From the NCBI GenBank assembly GCA_000934665.2, contig JYFJ02000135.1:62001-126000 (forward strand): DNA of 64,000 nucleotides, in the 5' to 3' direction. Every line of letters begins with the position of its first letter. Position 1 is the first letter of the stretch. The DNA is from Catajapyx aquilonaris. Lineage: Eukaryota. A model generated the notes under the pieces. It had not been told where the DNA came from. It was given only the letters and a program-made list of their open reading frames with translations, and ran no database searches. A program made the position numbers and the translations under genes. Below are positions 1 through 10,928 of the stretch, piece after piece.

Positions 1-2281
1 CTTGTCCGACATTGCACTGGACTCGCTCCCGCTCCTCTCCCTCTGCTGGTACTGGTAACACCTGAGGAAGTTCATGGTCTGGGGATCGACCAGGGGTTTG
101 GTGTAGTCCACACTCTCGTCAATGCCCAACCTCTTCAGGATGCTGGATCCGACGGGTGTGCCTCCGAAAGTCTGCCTGGCTCTCGAGTCGAAACTCTTCT
201 CGATCAGCTTCTCGATGGCGTTCAGTACGGATGGAGATCCCTCCTGATCCCCTGAGCTCCCCTCCCCAGTTCCTCCTCCACTCCCTGTGCTCTTGTGGGA
301 GCTGTTTGTGCCTTTGCTGCTGCTGCTCTCTTTGGTGGTTCCAGAAGCTGCTTCGGGTGGCGTGGGTCTGCCGTCCGAATGCTCCGATTTGGGCTCCTTC
401 TTCACCGTGGAATCAGGTGACTCGGCTGGGTCGGCACCGGGGGACATGAGCGCGCTCTTGAGCAGGTTTCTTTGGCTGTTGCCCAAGCACTGTCGAATGT
501 GGTCGACAAACAAGGGCGTCTCGATCTTGTCCCCGCACTTTTCGCACGTTATCCGACCCGTGTTGTCCTTGGATCCGCTCTTCCCGTCGGTGTTCTTCAG
601 TTCGTTCTGCGCCCTCTCCAGTTCCAGTAACTTCCTGACAGGAAGAGACTTCTTCCTCTTCTCTCTCGTCTGCCTCCGACGACCCCCGCTCTCGGTGATT
701 GACCTCATGATGTGCTCTTTGTAGTGAGAGTTCTTGACCATGTGATTGCTCAGTTCTTTGAGGCTGCTGAAGGCCTGGTCGCACACCTTGCAGGTGAGCA
801 CCGCGCTGACGTGGCTCTGGTTGTTGGTCTTGTCGTCCGCCGAGCGCCAGGAGATGATCTGTTCCTGGGATATGATGTTGGTGTAGTGTTGTGTCTGTTG
901 CATGTGAGCCGTCATTTCGGCCAGACTCCTGAAGCTTTGTCCGCACCACATGCATTTGAGGATCTGCCGGGTCTGCTCGGCTCCTTTTCCCAGCCAAACG
1001 TCTTGGCCGCGAACCAGTTTCCGAGGCAGGGGCATGGTTTCCTTGATCAGGAGGTTGAGGTCAGGGGAGCTCTTGCTGGAGGTAGAAGGTGCCTGGATGG
1101 ACATGGATGGTGTGGAGTTGGGAGGTTGCGTCTGGTGCGAGGATGAGGAGATGGGGGTACTGGGAGATGAGATGCTGGCGGCGGGGCTGCTCGACGGAGG
1201 GGTCAAGTTGGGCACGCTGACCCCGCAGTGCTTGGCCTCCTTCATGTGCGCCGTCATGGCTGCCAGAGACGGGAAGCTCTGCTTGCACCACACGCACTTG
1301 AGGACGTCCTTGGCCTGCTCTGCCCCCTTGTTCAGCCAGTGGGTCTGCCAGGCACTGGGCCTGCCACCGGCACCCAGGGCGTTCCTGAAGATGTCCGCCG
1401 CGTCCCCTCCCAACCTGCTCAGTTCGGTCATCTTCTCCAAGGCCTTGCTGGCCTCGCTGGGGGTATTCGTTGGGGCTGGGGCGTAAGGTGAGTGGCCGGG
1501 ACTCATCATGCTCTTATCCAGCTTGAGCTTCCCGTTCCAGAGCGGGATCTCTGAACTCTTAGGTGACAGGGAATTGGGGTTGAAAAATGGAAACTGCATG
1601 CCCCAAGGTGACCCCGGCTTGAACGAGGCCGATCCTTGCTCCACGCGGGCAGACTTCTTGGCGGTGGGCCCGTGGTTCTCCCCTCCGATCCTCTTCCGTG
1701 GTACGGACAGGTCCAGAGGGCTGTCCCCTGCGCCAGTGGCTGGAGGTGATGGGCTGCTGGTGTTCTGCGACGATTTGCTGAGGTTGAGTGCGCCACCATC
1801 GTCGGAGCAGCTCTTCTTCTTCTTGGTGCTGAAGTCCAGCACGGCTTCTGACGCCTCGACCATCAGGTTGTGGGGTGGCGATGGTGTGGTGGTCACCAGC
1901 GGAGAGATGGCTTCTCTGGGCGATGGATGCAGGGGCAGGATGATGCCCCGTGGTGGCACCATCAGGGGGGCCGCGGCACCCATGAGTCCCACTGCTGCAC
2001 CGCCGACGGGGCTGACTAGTCCGGAAGGAGTGACCAGCGGCGGGGTCAGAACTGCGGGAGGGCTGGAACGCAACGAGGGCGACACGGGGCTGGGCTGGCC
2101 GTGGCGGGCGGCCCCGGGGCGATGCAGGAGCTCCGGAGCGGATCCCAGAGAGTCCCTCGAAGGGCAGCGCTGGTTGGCAGATTCGTGGGAAGGGCAGTCT
2201 CGGGAAGGACAACGGGGGCTGCTCGACGGCTCCCTGACAACGGGTGAGGGAAGAGGGGGACCATCAGTCAGTTTGCTTCTC
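1..2281 (-). CDS. tsh/tio: Teashirt/Tiptop-family zinc-finger transcription factor, large coding exon (3'-truncated by the window edge)
   Basis: Minus-strand frame 2280->1 (760 codons); no stop seen in the segments I translated. It gives hallmark Tsh/Tio peptides: DSPLDLSVPRK, WLNKGAEQAKDVLKCVWCKQSFPSLAAMTAHMKEAKHC, PRKLVRGQDVWLGKGAEQTRQILKCMWCGQSFRSLAEMTAHMQQTQHYTNIISQEQIISW, LTCKVCDQAFSSLKELSNHMVKNSHYKEHIMRSITESGGRRRQTREKRKKSLPVRKLLELERAQ, LNAIEKLIEKSF and SSILKRLGIDESVDYTKPLVDP. The exon starts at acceptor ...ctttgtcgttcag|G (AG at 2283-2282). Confidence 0.96.
487..546 (-). other. Atypical C2HC zinc finger (CEKC...HIRQC)
   Basis: Direct translation CEKCGDKIETPLFVDHIRQC. Confidence 0.75.
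724..792 (-). other. C2H2 zinc finger 3 (CKVC...HMVKNSH)
   Basis: Direct translation CKVCDQAFSSLKELSNHMVKNSH, followed by a basic NLS-like stretch RRRQTREKRKK. Confidence 0.93.
886..954 (-). other. C2H2 zinc finger 2 (CMWC...HMQQTQH)
   Basis: Direct translation CMWCGQSFRSLAEMTAHMQQTQH. Confidence 0.93.
1228..1296 (-). other. C2H2 zinc finger 1 (CVWC...HMKEAKH)
   Basis: Direct translation CVWCKQSFPSLAAMTAHMKEAKH; C-x2-C-x12-H-x5-H spacing typical of Tsh-type fingers. Confidence 0.92.
1705..1719 (-). other. PLDLS CtBP-interaction motif
   Basis: CCT CTG GAC CTG TCC in frame. PLDLS is the established CtBP-binding motif of Teashirt-family repressors. Confidence 0.9.
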
Positions 2282-3261
2282 CTGAACGACAAAGTACGAC
2301 AGGATGCATGCACACTAATCGACATAAAAGCAAGCCAATATCGATCATGTTAATCGATCAATAGCACAAGTCAGTATACGTGTTAAGCTATTGACATTAT
2401 CTGCTTAATAGTTATTGCAGTGTAGCCGAAAGTGAAATGCATTATTATTAGAAACAGTTCCTGACATCACTTGTTGACTCCATTGTATATGAAAGTAAAT
2501 TATTGCAAAAAATACAACCAATAAGACACGTTGCATATAGGTGAAGGCCTAGTCATATTTTGTTCGATATTGATATGAGCTTTCCGATGATAAAAAGAGT
2601 CTTCCGAAATAGCAATTACAGCTCCCAAAATTAATGTGTGAAAAATGGGTTCCTAATGCAATCTTCAAACACTCATATCTGATAATCAAAGAGTCACTCT
2701 ATTGTTCAGCATCGAAGGTCATCATAAGTAGGCCTGCAGGTATTCCACATTGCATGTTAAGAAACTTCATCTTAATTTGCGTTCAATGAGAGTGGGCTAC
2801 ACTGCAATATTTGTGTTGCGATCCACGTCGCTAATTAAATTAACCAAACTGGTCAAACACGTTCTCAAAAATATAAAAAACCGCACCTGTGAATTAATAT
2901 AAATTCGTTTTTCCCCCCATTCCCTGAATATAAATTGTGGGTTACGCCCTTGTCTATCCACCTGCTCGATTACAATTCCACTTACTATTCAGCCGCCCTA
3001 ACATACTTAAACACCACATATGAAAATGCATGTCACCCATTTCCCCCCTCACCACACGCGCCCAAAACAAATTAAAACCCCCATCCCTCCAGCTTGTACT
3101 CCGCCTTGGCACTATGTACCAAACTCCAACGCACTTCATCCCCTAACCAGATGACGCAACACCCTCTAATGACTCAGGATAACTTAATGGCATTGCATCA
3201 CCTTCAATACGCCACATTACCCCACAAAACCAAACGGCATAGGACTGAATGTGTGTATAAC
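2282..3261 (-). other. GT-AG intron (980 bp, phase 2) between the two visible tsh/tio exons
   Basis: GT at 3261-3260 and AG at 2283-2282 on the minus strand. Composition shifts sharply from GC-rich coding to AT-rich sequence, and phases are compatible across the junction. Confidence 0.8.
2413..2809. mobile_element. MITE-like element with a perfect 15-bp inverted repeat (TA + 13-bp TIR) inside the intron
   Basis: TATTGCAGTGTAGCC (2413-2427) and GGCTACACTGCAATA (2795-2809) are exact reverse complements around an AT-rich non-coding interior. The outer TA at both ends could be a TA target-site duplication. Confidence 0.55.
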
Positions 3262-3457
3262 CTGATTAGATTGGGCGAGATGCTCCTCTGCCTCTTGCTG
3301 GGGCTGGGCAGGGGCGAAGGGTGGTCCTTGGCCGAATCAGGCTCACTGGTGGCATCAGCGGTCGGTGGTCCAGGCGACTGATTCTCCTCTGTCTCCTCCG
3401 AGCCCGACCCATCTTCCCCCATCCTAGGGCTGGACGGGCCCTCTCCTTCACCATCCC
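3262..3457 (-). CDS. tsh/tio: Upstream coding exon of the tsh/tio gene (acidic, Ser/Pro-rich N-terminal segment)
   Basis: Acceptor gtttgttttgtgttgtgttgcag|GG at 3458 and donor ATCAG|gttata at 3261. Length 196 bp = 2+64x3+2, encoding (x)DGEGEGPSSPRMGEDGSGSEETEENQSPGPPTADATSEPDSAKDHPSPLPSPSKRQRSISPNLI(R). The terminal AG joins the G at 2281 to give AGG and keeps the zinc-finger frame. Confidence 0.8.
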
Positions 3458-5266
3458 CTGCAACACAACAAAACAAACCAACTCACACCATTTTTCAAAC
3501 ATGAGCCTTCCAGGCTTTCAACCCCCCCACAAACCATCCCGCCTTATTCACCCCGTCAAATTTGATTCGCCTCTGTCAATCAACATCAAAACTTCATTAA
3601 CAGTGTGAAAAGAAGCAGGGAATGCGCCGCATTGTTTCAGCGATGGAGGCGATAAATTAGAATAACTCGGACGTCCCTCTACATTTGATTAGACATTGTT
3701 TCTGGCCTGATTTCATTTGGCGATAGGCGAGCTCCGATGACAATAACGCTACCCGAGGAGTTTGGCGGGGAGGGTAGGTAGGAGGAGGAGGAGGGAGGGA
3801 GGCATGGCAACAGAAAGGCGGAACTTGCAACTGCCGCCCGTCCCTCTATAGTTCGTCCCCAAACTTTATACCAGATGGTTTCTAAGAGGAGGCGGGAGAC
3901 CACTTGTACTTTCGAGGCACTGTCGTCTACGTCCGTCGGAGTGTAATTATTTCGCTTGTCTTTACATCCTCGACAGTACTTTTTTATATTCGGGAGGTGT
4001 CGGCGTCCGATACCGGAAAAGTAATGATCTTGAATAACAAGAAAATGTCTTCGGCGGTTGCTGTGAAAAGAGGGCAGATACGTACCGAAAACGAAGAAAA
4101 AGGTGACGTCAGGGACCGTGCTCAAGTGGGGAGGACGCGGGTGACCCTCCAGTTCTTCTAATTGCGACTTTAATGATTTTGAGAGGGTTATGTGGCCGCT
4201 GCTTTCGAGTGTTGCACACTTTTTATTTTATTTCTGGTGCCGGACCACATTGTGCAGAGGGATAATAATTACTGACAATCGCGGAAAGTTGTAAAATGTG
4301 GCGGAGTTTGGTTCCGAAACCGCCTCTCAGGTGAGGAAACCACAAATCACCTACTTTCTATTAGTACACGGCCGCCAACTCCGATGTCACTTACAACGTA
4401 AGAGTGGCCTGTTATGCAAAGTTTCGTTTCGGACCGCAGTCTCCGCACAGCATCGGTTCCGTGTGCCCAAATTCGTCCAATTAGCAACCACACGCGTCAC
4501 CTCCGAGACGAAATTTTTCGCGATAAAAAGGGACATGTCGCAACCAGAAGAATCACCGCGAAACAAATATCGCAATATATTTTTTAACGGTCCGCGAGAT
4601 AAATGGAGGAAAGGTCTTATCGGAAACAAACCCAATTATGCGCCCAAATTTACGCCCGTTGTAAGCTAAAATTTGCATTTTTAAGCCATCAAACGCGGAT
4701 CGAGTTAACTGCACCATTAACACATTCGGAACGCATTAAGCTCCGGTTAATGATTCAAGTAGATTGCAATCGGAGATACGCAGCCTTAGAACAGTGTAGG
4801 CAACATTGTCGTGACGTCATTCCGCACTATTAGTTGGCTCTAATGCAGCTTCTCACGTAAAAGCGCTTGATTAACATTCCCCCCTTATTTATAACCCCCT
4901 GACTTTTTTTCTACTCACCCCTCTGCAATAGGAGGGGGGTCTCCCTTTCGACGAAATGACGTCGTAACTAATTACGTTGATTTATACGTCAATTGTGCCC
5001 GTCAGTATGTTTGGCCACAGCGACATCCGAATTGCAAAAGGTGAGCAGCATCGCAAGGTTGCCATACACAGCTGGTAACCCCCAGCACTGAGCATCGGTG
5101 AAGGTGACTTGACAATGCTTTGCACCCAACCCGGCATGCTACTTGACAGGTTAAGCCTATTGGAAGAAAGTGGTCAGGCATATATCATTGATATTTATGG
5201 GCTCCGGCACCGGCAGGCAGAAAGAATGGATTAAGAAGAGGGGGGGCCTCTTCGGATGCCAATGAG

Positions 5267-5270
<4 letters not shown>

Positions 5271-5330
<60 letters not shown>
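5271..5330. repeat. (GA)30 microsatellite
   Basis: 60 bp of perfect GA dinucleotide. Confidence 0.98.
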
Positions 5331-5331
<1 letters not shown>

Positions 5332-8300
5332 GCTGGGTGGAAGCTGCTGGAACCAGACCAGCGGGGAGTGTTCCCAAGATTGTCCACAGAATTATTCTCC
5401 CCGCCGTCAAGATTTGTCAACCATTGTCTAAAATCATCTTCGATTGTGGAATCTCCCTCCTAGACATGGCGGAACATTAGTGATGACAATTATTACTTGT
5501 AAGCAAACCCCCCCCCCCCCACAACGCCTGCACTTCACCACAGCACCCAAAAGCCCCAAAGTCCTCCTTATTGATTTCCAGGATGGCGGCATAGCAAGGA
5601 GGTGGCAAGAAAGTAGTGCTGTCAGACTCAGGCTTCCGTGACAGGCGCGATCCTCCTGAATACCCATCCACCCGACCAACACACGGGGGTTGTTTCCTCT
5701 AATTGCCATTCCTGCAGTCAGCCATTGTCGCCCTCTCCATATTTGGTGCACATCTTTAAAAATTGACAACCGGGTAATAAAATACATCACGCGGGCCACT
5801 TCCTTTTCAGGCACTGAACCTCCTCTAAAAGTAGGGGCCGCCCATTAAGCGAACTAAGGAAGGCACCCCTCCTTCCATTCCCCCTCCTCCTTCCCAACTT
5901 CTCCATCCCCTTTTACCCGGAGAAGGCTCCCCGGTTTTCCCTCCCGCTCCTGCTTGATCCATTAAAGACAGGGATTTTGTATGCAGACATGACACAGAAT
6001 ATCTTCGAATCAAAGACAATGGCCTATAAATCAGGGTAAAGAGACTTGGAATGAGACAAGCAGAAGACGATATTGCGCCCGGCCCTAGCCCAATTAACAA
6101 AATTACCTTCTCCACGGCTTTCTTATGGCTGCCGCCGTCCGATTTGGGAGTTGGGAAGGAAGCGGCGAGGAAGGTTCAAGAGAAGCCCAGGCTTCTCTTG
6201 TCTCTTATAGTCTCTTTCTCCCCCCACCCCACCCATCTTCTCCATCCCACCCACTTCCCATTTCACGTCGTCTTTCTCCACGTTTCCTCCTCTTCTCTGC
6301 TCACACAGAACAGGAATGCCAACTAACTGCCAGCCATTGCAGCAGGTACTGACTCTATGTGTGCGTCCCGAGCTCTTCACTAATTTTCCATCCGGGGAAC
6401 CACGGCGGCCCACACACATTCGGGAAGCAAAAAAAAAATTAATTACTATGAGAAAGTAATGCCATTCATTTCGCTTGTCTATCTTCATTTCGGCGTAAAG
6501 CTGCCGGGGCTTGAGACTTAGTCCCACCAGTAATGGACACAATTTTTCACAACTTGTTACCGGGTGTATCGGCCGTGCAAACACGAACCGGATACTACGT
6601 GCTTTTATTGTCAGGATGTGCATATCCTGTCAACAGAGGGCAGCACTGGCGGTTAGGGGGCGTCACTAGTGCCCTCTCTTGCCTTTTATTTACTGTGTGT
6701 TTGTGGAAGACGGCACAACTGGCAGGCCTGGCGGTTTTTTCCCAGCTTCATTCTGCTGGAAGCTCCCTAGACAAATCCTTCCGCACGGCTCTGGCCATTC
6801 TTTTCGGACCTTGCAAGCAACTACCGGCGTGCGATGCTCGTAAATATCCCCCGGAAAAAGACCGGCCGCCTTTCCTTGGGGACGGAGGGGTCCCCCCAGC
6901 CTTTAGGAAGCCCCCAAACGGCTGAAAAGCCACGATTTCTCAAATGTTCAATGTCCCATAGGTGTCAGGTAAGGGAGTATAACGTATAGGTTAACCAAGA
7001 CGGCTTTGGGCTACCCCCCAGCTTTATTTTTTGTGGGTGGTTGTTGCGGGTGGATTGCAGTATCAACACGAGTCAATCGCATGTAGCTGTTTAGGACAGG
7101 GAATTGAAGTGTGTCTATCGACCTAGCTGGGCTGGCTGCATCAGACGCGCTCATTCATTCCCCTGCCTAATTACATATCTCAAACGGCGCGCCAATATTT
7201 GCCCCTCATTACTTTTGCAACCCCCCGTGCCATGTTCCTATCTGCAGTTATCACCATTTCACCCCTTGTGTGTGAGAGCGCGTGCTGGAAACAATTAAGT
7301 TCGGGTTTGGCACATGCGTCGGGATCGACTTTTCCGTACGTGTTCATCAATATTACCTACTCCGCTCTCATCGCCAGGTATGACTATTTCATGTGGCAAC
7401 TCCAGAGTCGACGAACCTCGGGTTAGACCAGCAGGCGGCAGGACTATAAACAATCCTACTCCGCACTCGACTATTTCGCCCCCCTCTTCTTGATTACACC
7501 TATACATAATCGATAGATTCCACCCGCGAAATTCATGTGACATCCACAAATATGTCACGCGAGACTTCCCAAACTTGGCCCTTTCTCAAGTGCATTCAAA
7601 GGGGAGGTCCTGAATATCGGTGGTGCCCTTGCTAATCCCACATTGATCTAAGCAAAGGTCCCAAGAAATTGCTGGAGTAGTTGTGGGCGGCGGAGGCCTC
7701 GTCAAGCAAACCAAGAGGCCTACCCCCCTCCTCTTGATGGCCTCCGTTGTCACAGGAGACGCAAAGCCCGTAACCGGAGAACCGCAGAAGGGGGGGGGGC
7801 GCCTATAACCCTATAGTACCCACCCCCTCTAGTCCTCTCTCTATATATATACCGCCGTCGGAACGCCCAAGGGGTCGAGAGCGTGAATCTCATTTTGATG
7901 ACGCGATTAGCGCCCGACGCGAAATTCCTTATTGATCGTTTACCCACCGAGGTGGGTCACAAGGCGCCGCGGACATTGGGCCCAAATTTATAGGGCTCAT
8001 TAAAAACAATGAATTAAAATATCGTTACCGCGTCTGTCGGGAGGGTGGTGGGTGGTGGGTTCTCTCCGGAACAAGCGGGCCCTTTCTGCAAGGAGGAAGT
8101 GAGGGACGGAAGAGGGATGAAGGAGTTATGGTGGTCCTCATATTGCATTGATAAACCGGTGCCTGGGAGAGGCTGGCCTAAGTCCCCTACTTTACAGATA
8201 GTATTGAACAGTCGGAAAAAGTTTGCGCCCCCTCCCCCGGATTTATTGCCGGAGATTAGGCTCCGCTCTTGGCAAGACCGATTTGACGCCGTCGCGACGT

Positions 8301-10051
8301 GAACCGCAGCTAAACTAACCGAATCTCCGCAGCTTGCTATGCAACAAATCTCATTACATTATTGCCCTTCCCCGCCACCGCTGCAGCAGTGTGCACAATG
8401 CCTGTAATGAGAGATGTCTGGAGCTGCACCCTTTGGGCACTCTCGACGGGTCACCCTCACACAGGGGCACGAATTTTTTCCCTTCGTCTTTTTCTGAAAA
8501 CGCAGACTTGAGCCGAGCATTATTGCCGTCCCAGTGCCTTCTCGTCCCTTGAAATGAATGGCGCCACGCCCGTCACTCTGACAGCGCCATGACTCGCAGG
8601 CTTCATCTTCAACGTCTTGGTTTTCTCGACGATGTCACCCTCTTTTCATTTCAAGACTGTCGACAATAGAACCGCCCTTGAAACCAGTCTTTTCTTTCCA
8701 CCTCCTCCCCCGCAAAATCCGGTCTTAATTAGACGGGTGGGGGTCAGCCGTCCGTCAGCAAACCGACGGCGGCGGCGCGTCGTGACGAGAGTGATAGATC
8801 CAGTGGGTGGTTGGGTGTTCCCGGGGTGGGGTAGTTCATTCCGGCGTCGTCCCGGAGAAGCGGACCCGGGGCTTTGATGGACAGAGAACACGCGCAGAAT
8901 GCTCAATCACCGGGCCTCTCCCGGAGACCCGCGCGTGTCCATCAGTTAATTTCCGGAGTTTGCCCTCCTGAGAATTACCAAGGAAGCAGGCCCAGCCGCC
9001 TTAGCCTTCTCCCTCAAGATGGGAAGCTGACCAGTGCTGGAAATATGCATAACCCTGGCAGTGTATGTCCTCCGGCCTCTCTCTTTGTGCTTGTTCCCAG
9101 CGCCAAACTCGATTAGCATCCTTGGTGGTGGGGGGTTCTCCGGATGCCAGCCACGCGCCGCACCGCTGCTGACTTCTCGACTCAAAGGATCACAATAATA
9201 ACCCCCCGAATGAAATGGAAGGAGGAGGTAGAAAAAGAGACCAGATTTTTTCCCCGGACCTTCCAGGGATAGGGGAAATCTATATACCTGGCGGCGGTCA
9301 GCATCGCGGTCCATTAATCCCTTTTCCTCATCATCGGGCGGGCTGGACAAAGGGTGAGATACCGGTTGCATACCCAGCAGGTACTTCAATTGAAACGTCG
9401 TTTTTTGAATCAAATTTGTCAGCTCTTATCTTTTTCTAGGACGGACACGGTGGTGAAAGGTGCAAATATTCTTCCGGGTTGTACTGAGGTAATCAGATGG
9501 TGACCTCACGTAGGTCACGTTTCTCGATATAAAACTCAGAATCTAGAAATTGGGACTGACTTTTATGAATTTATTGCACCCCATCCCCCGAATGATGACC
9601 GTGAAAGTCAGCGTCATTAAGCAGTTAAATTGAATTATGATAATCGCAAGCTCCGTCTATTATTTGGCTGGCTCCTTGGAGCAATGTCCCATGCAATATT
9701 CATTCCCCGGTTGTGATCGCCCCTGGTCGCCAATCCTCAGAATCAATAATTTTGAGCCGACACGTTCAGACATTGCTCAAATATGACCAAAATCTCTTGT
9801 TTCCTAGTACATGTTTGCATGGGACCTGAATTTACGCTTTACACACAAAAAAAATCGGGTGTGCTTTCACGATTCCCTAACTTCTCCCCCTCTAAACCGA
9901 CACATACCGTAATTTTCAGGGTTGTTAACTTGGAATCACGTGCTGCTATTTGGCATGACCTACTTGTTTCCCGGATTGTACCGCTTTAATGCCGCAATTA
10001 TTGTGTCCGATGCGGAAGTCGCCGTAAATACGTCTCGCTGTTGCAGCTTAC

Positions 10052-10069
10052 GAGAGAGAGAGAGAGAGA
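10052..10069. repeat. (GA)9 microsatellite followed by an A-run
   Basis: Seen directly. Confidence 0.9.
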
Positions 10070-10603
10070 AAAAAAACAAGCACTAAACATAATTGCATGT
10101 GCATCGGTTGGCCAACATTATTGCACCCTTTCCTTCAAAAAATCAAACCAGAACGTAGGACTGACCACCTTGCCCTGCGGCGTCCCATTTTCACTTTTTT
10201 ACCTATTTTTTTTGCAACCCCCTCTCAGGAGAGACTTCCTCCTAATGAGCCTGCTTTTAGACAAGTTATTCAACCGCTAAAACACTCATAAAACGCCAAG
10301 CTGAATGCTATTCAGCCCTTAGTAAAAACAGCGCCTTTGAAAAAAAAAACTATCCCGAGGCTATGAGCATTACGTTTAAAAAAATAATCATAATTCGGAC
10401 AGTCCAAGATCCGTCCGGACTACGATGCGTGGGAATTTAACTTCATCTAGGTGAGGTGCAACACGTGTGTGACAACAATGCGAACGCACCTGGGATTATT
10501 CCTCTTTGACATGCTACAAGCCGCAGAACACGCAATGCCACCCCCCACCTCCCACTCTCCCTGCTCGTCTTTCCAGCAACCATTAACGAGAACGAACGTG
10601 TAG

Positions 10604-10928
10604 TACAGGGTGTCAGAAAACTCACGTACTTACACTATTTATGGAGCAAAATATTCTCCAGACACAAAAATTAATCCTATAGAATTTTTTGTACAATTCA
10701 AATAAGCCAATAAATAAGTAAATAAATAAATAAACGTCCTACTGGTAGTGTTTATCTCTGAAGTATCAAATTATTTGCTTTTAGAAAATAAATATAATTG
10801 GAAATTTATTTCGCAGAGACGAACTGTAGTAATATTCTGACATAACATTCCAAAAATTATGAATGGAGTGCATGCACCCTGAGCCGTAATTAATTTCTGG
10901 AGTCCGGGCATTCCTGACACCCCCGGTA
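10604..10928. mobile_element. Degenerate Tc1/mariner-type non-autonomous element (TA-CAGGGTG... terminus)
   Basis: Left end TA|CAGGGTGTCAGAAAA. Candidate right end TTCCTGACACCCCCGG|TA (10911-10928; reverse complement shares GGGTGTCAG). An alternative right end is GATTTTTCCCTCACCCTG|TA at 11506-11525 (14/18 match). The interior is AT-rich and non-coding. Confidence 0.45.

Noticed and set aside
156..2353. Plus-strand ORFs (281 aa, 178 aa, 145 aa and others) and out-of-frame minus ORFs over the tsh/tio exon
   Set aside because: These are shadow ORFs of a GC-rich, codon-biased exon with no recognisable domains. The main minus frame explains the sequence fully.
3204..3476. 90-aa minus ORF as a stand-alone gene
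   Set aside because: Its core is the spliced 3262-3457 exon; the listed start and end are intron sequence.
5157..5480. ORFs with ER/SL dipeptide repeats
   Set aside because: They are translations of the (GA)30 microsatellite.
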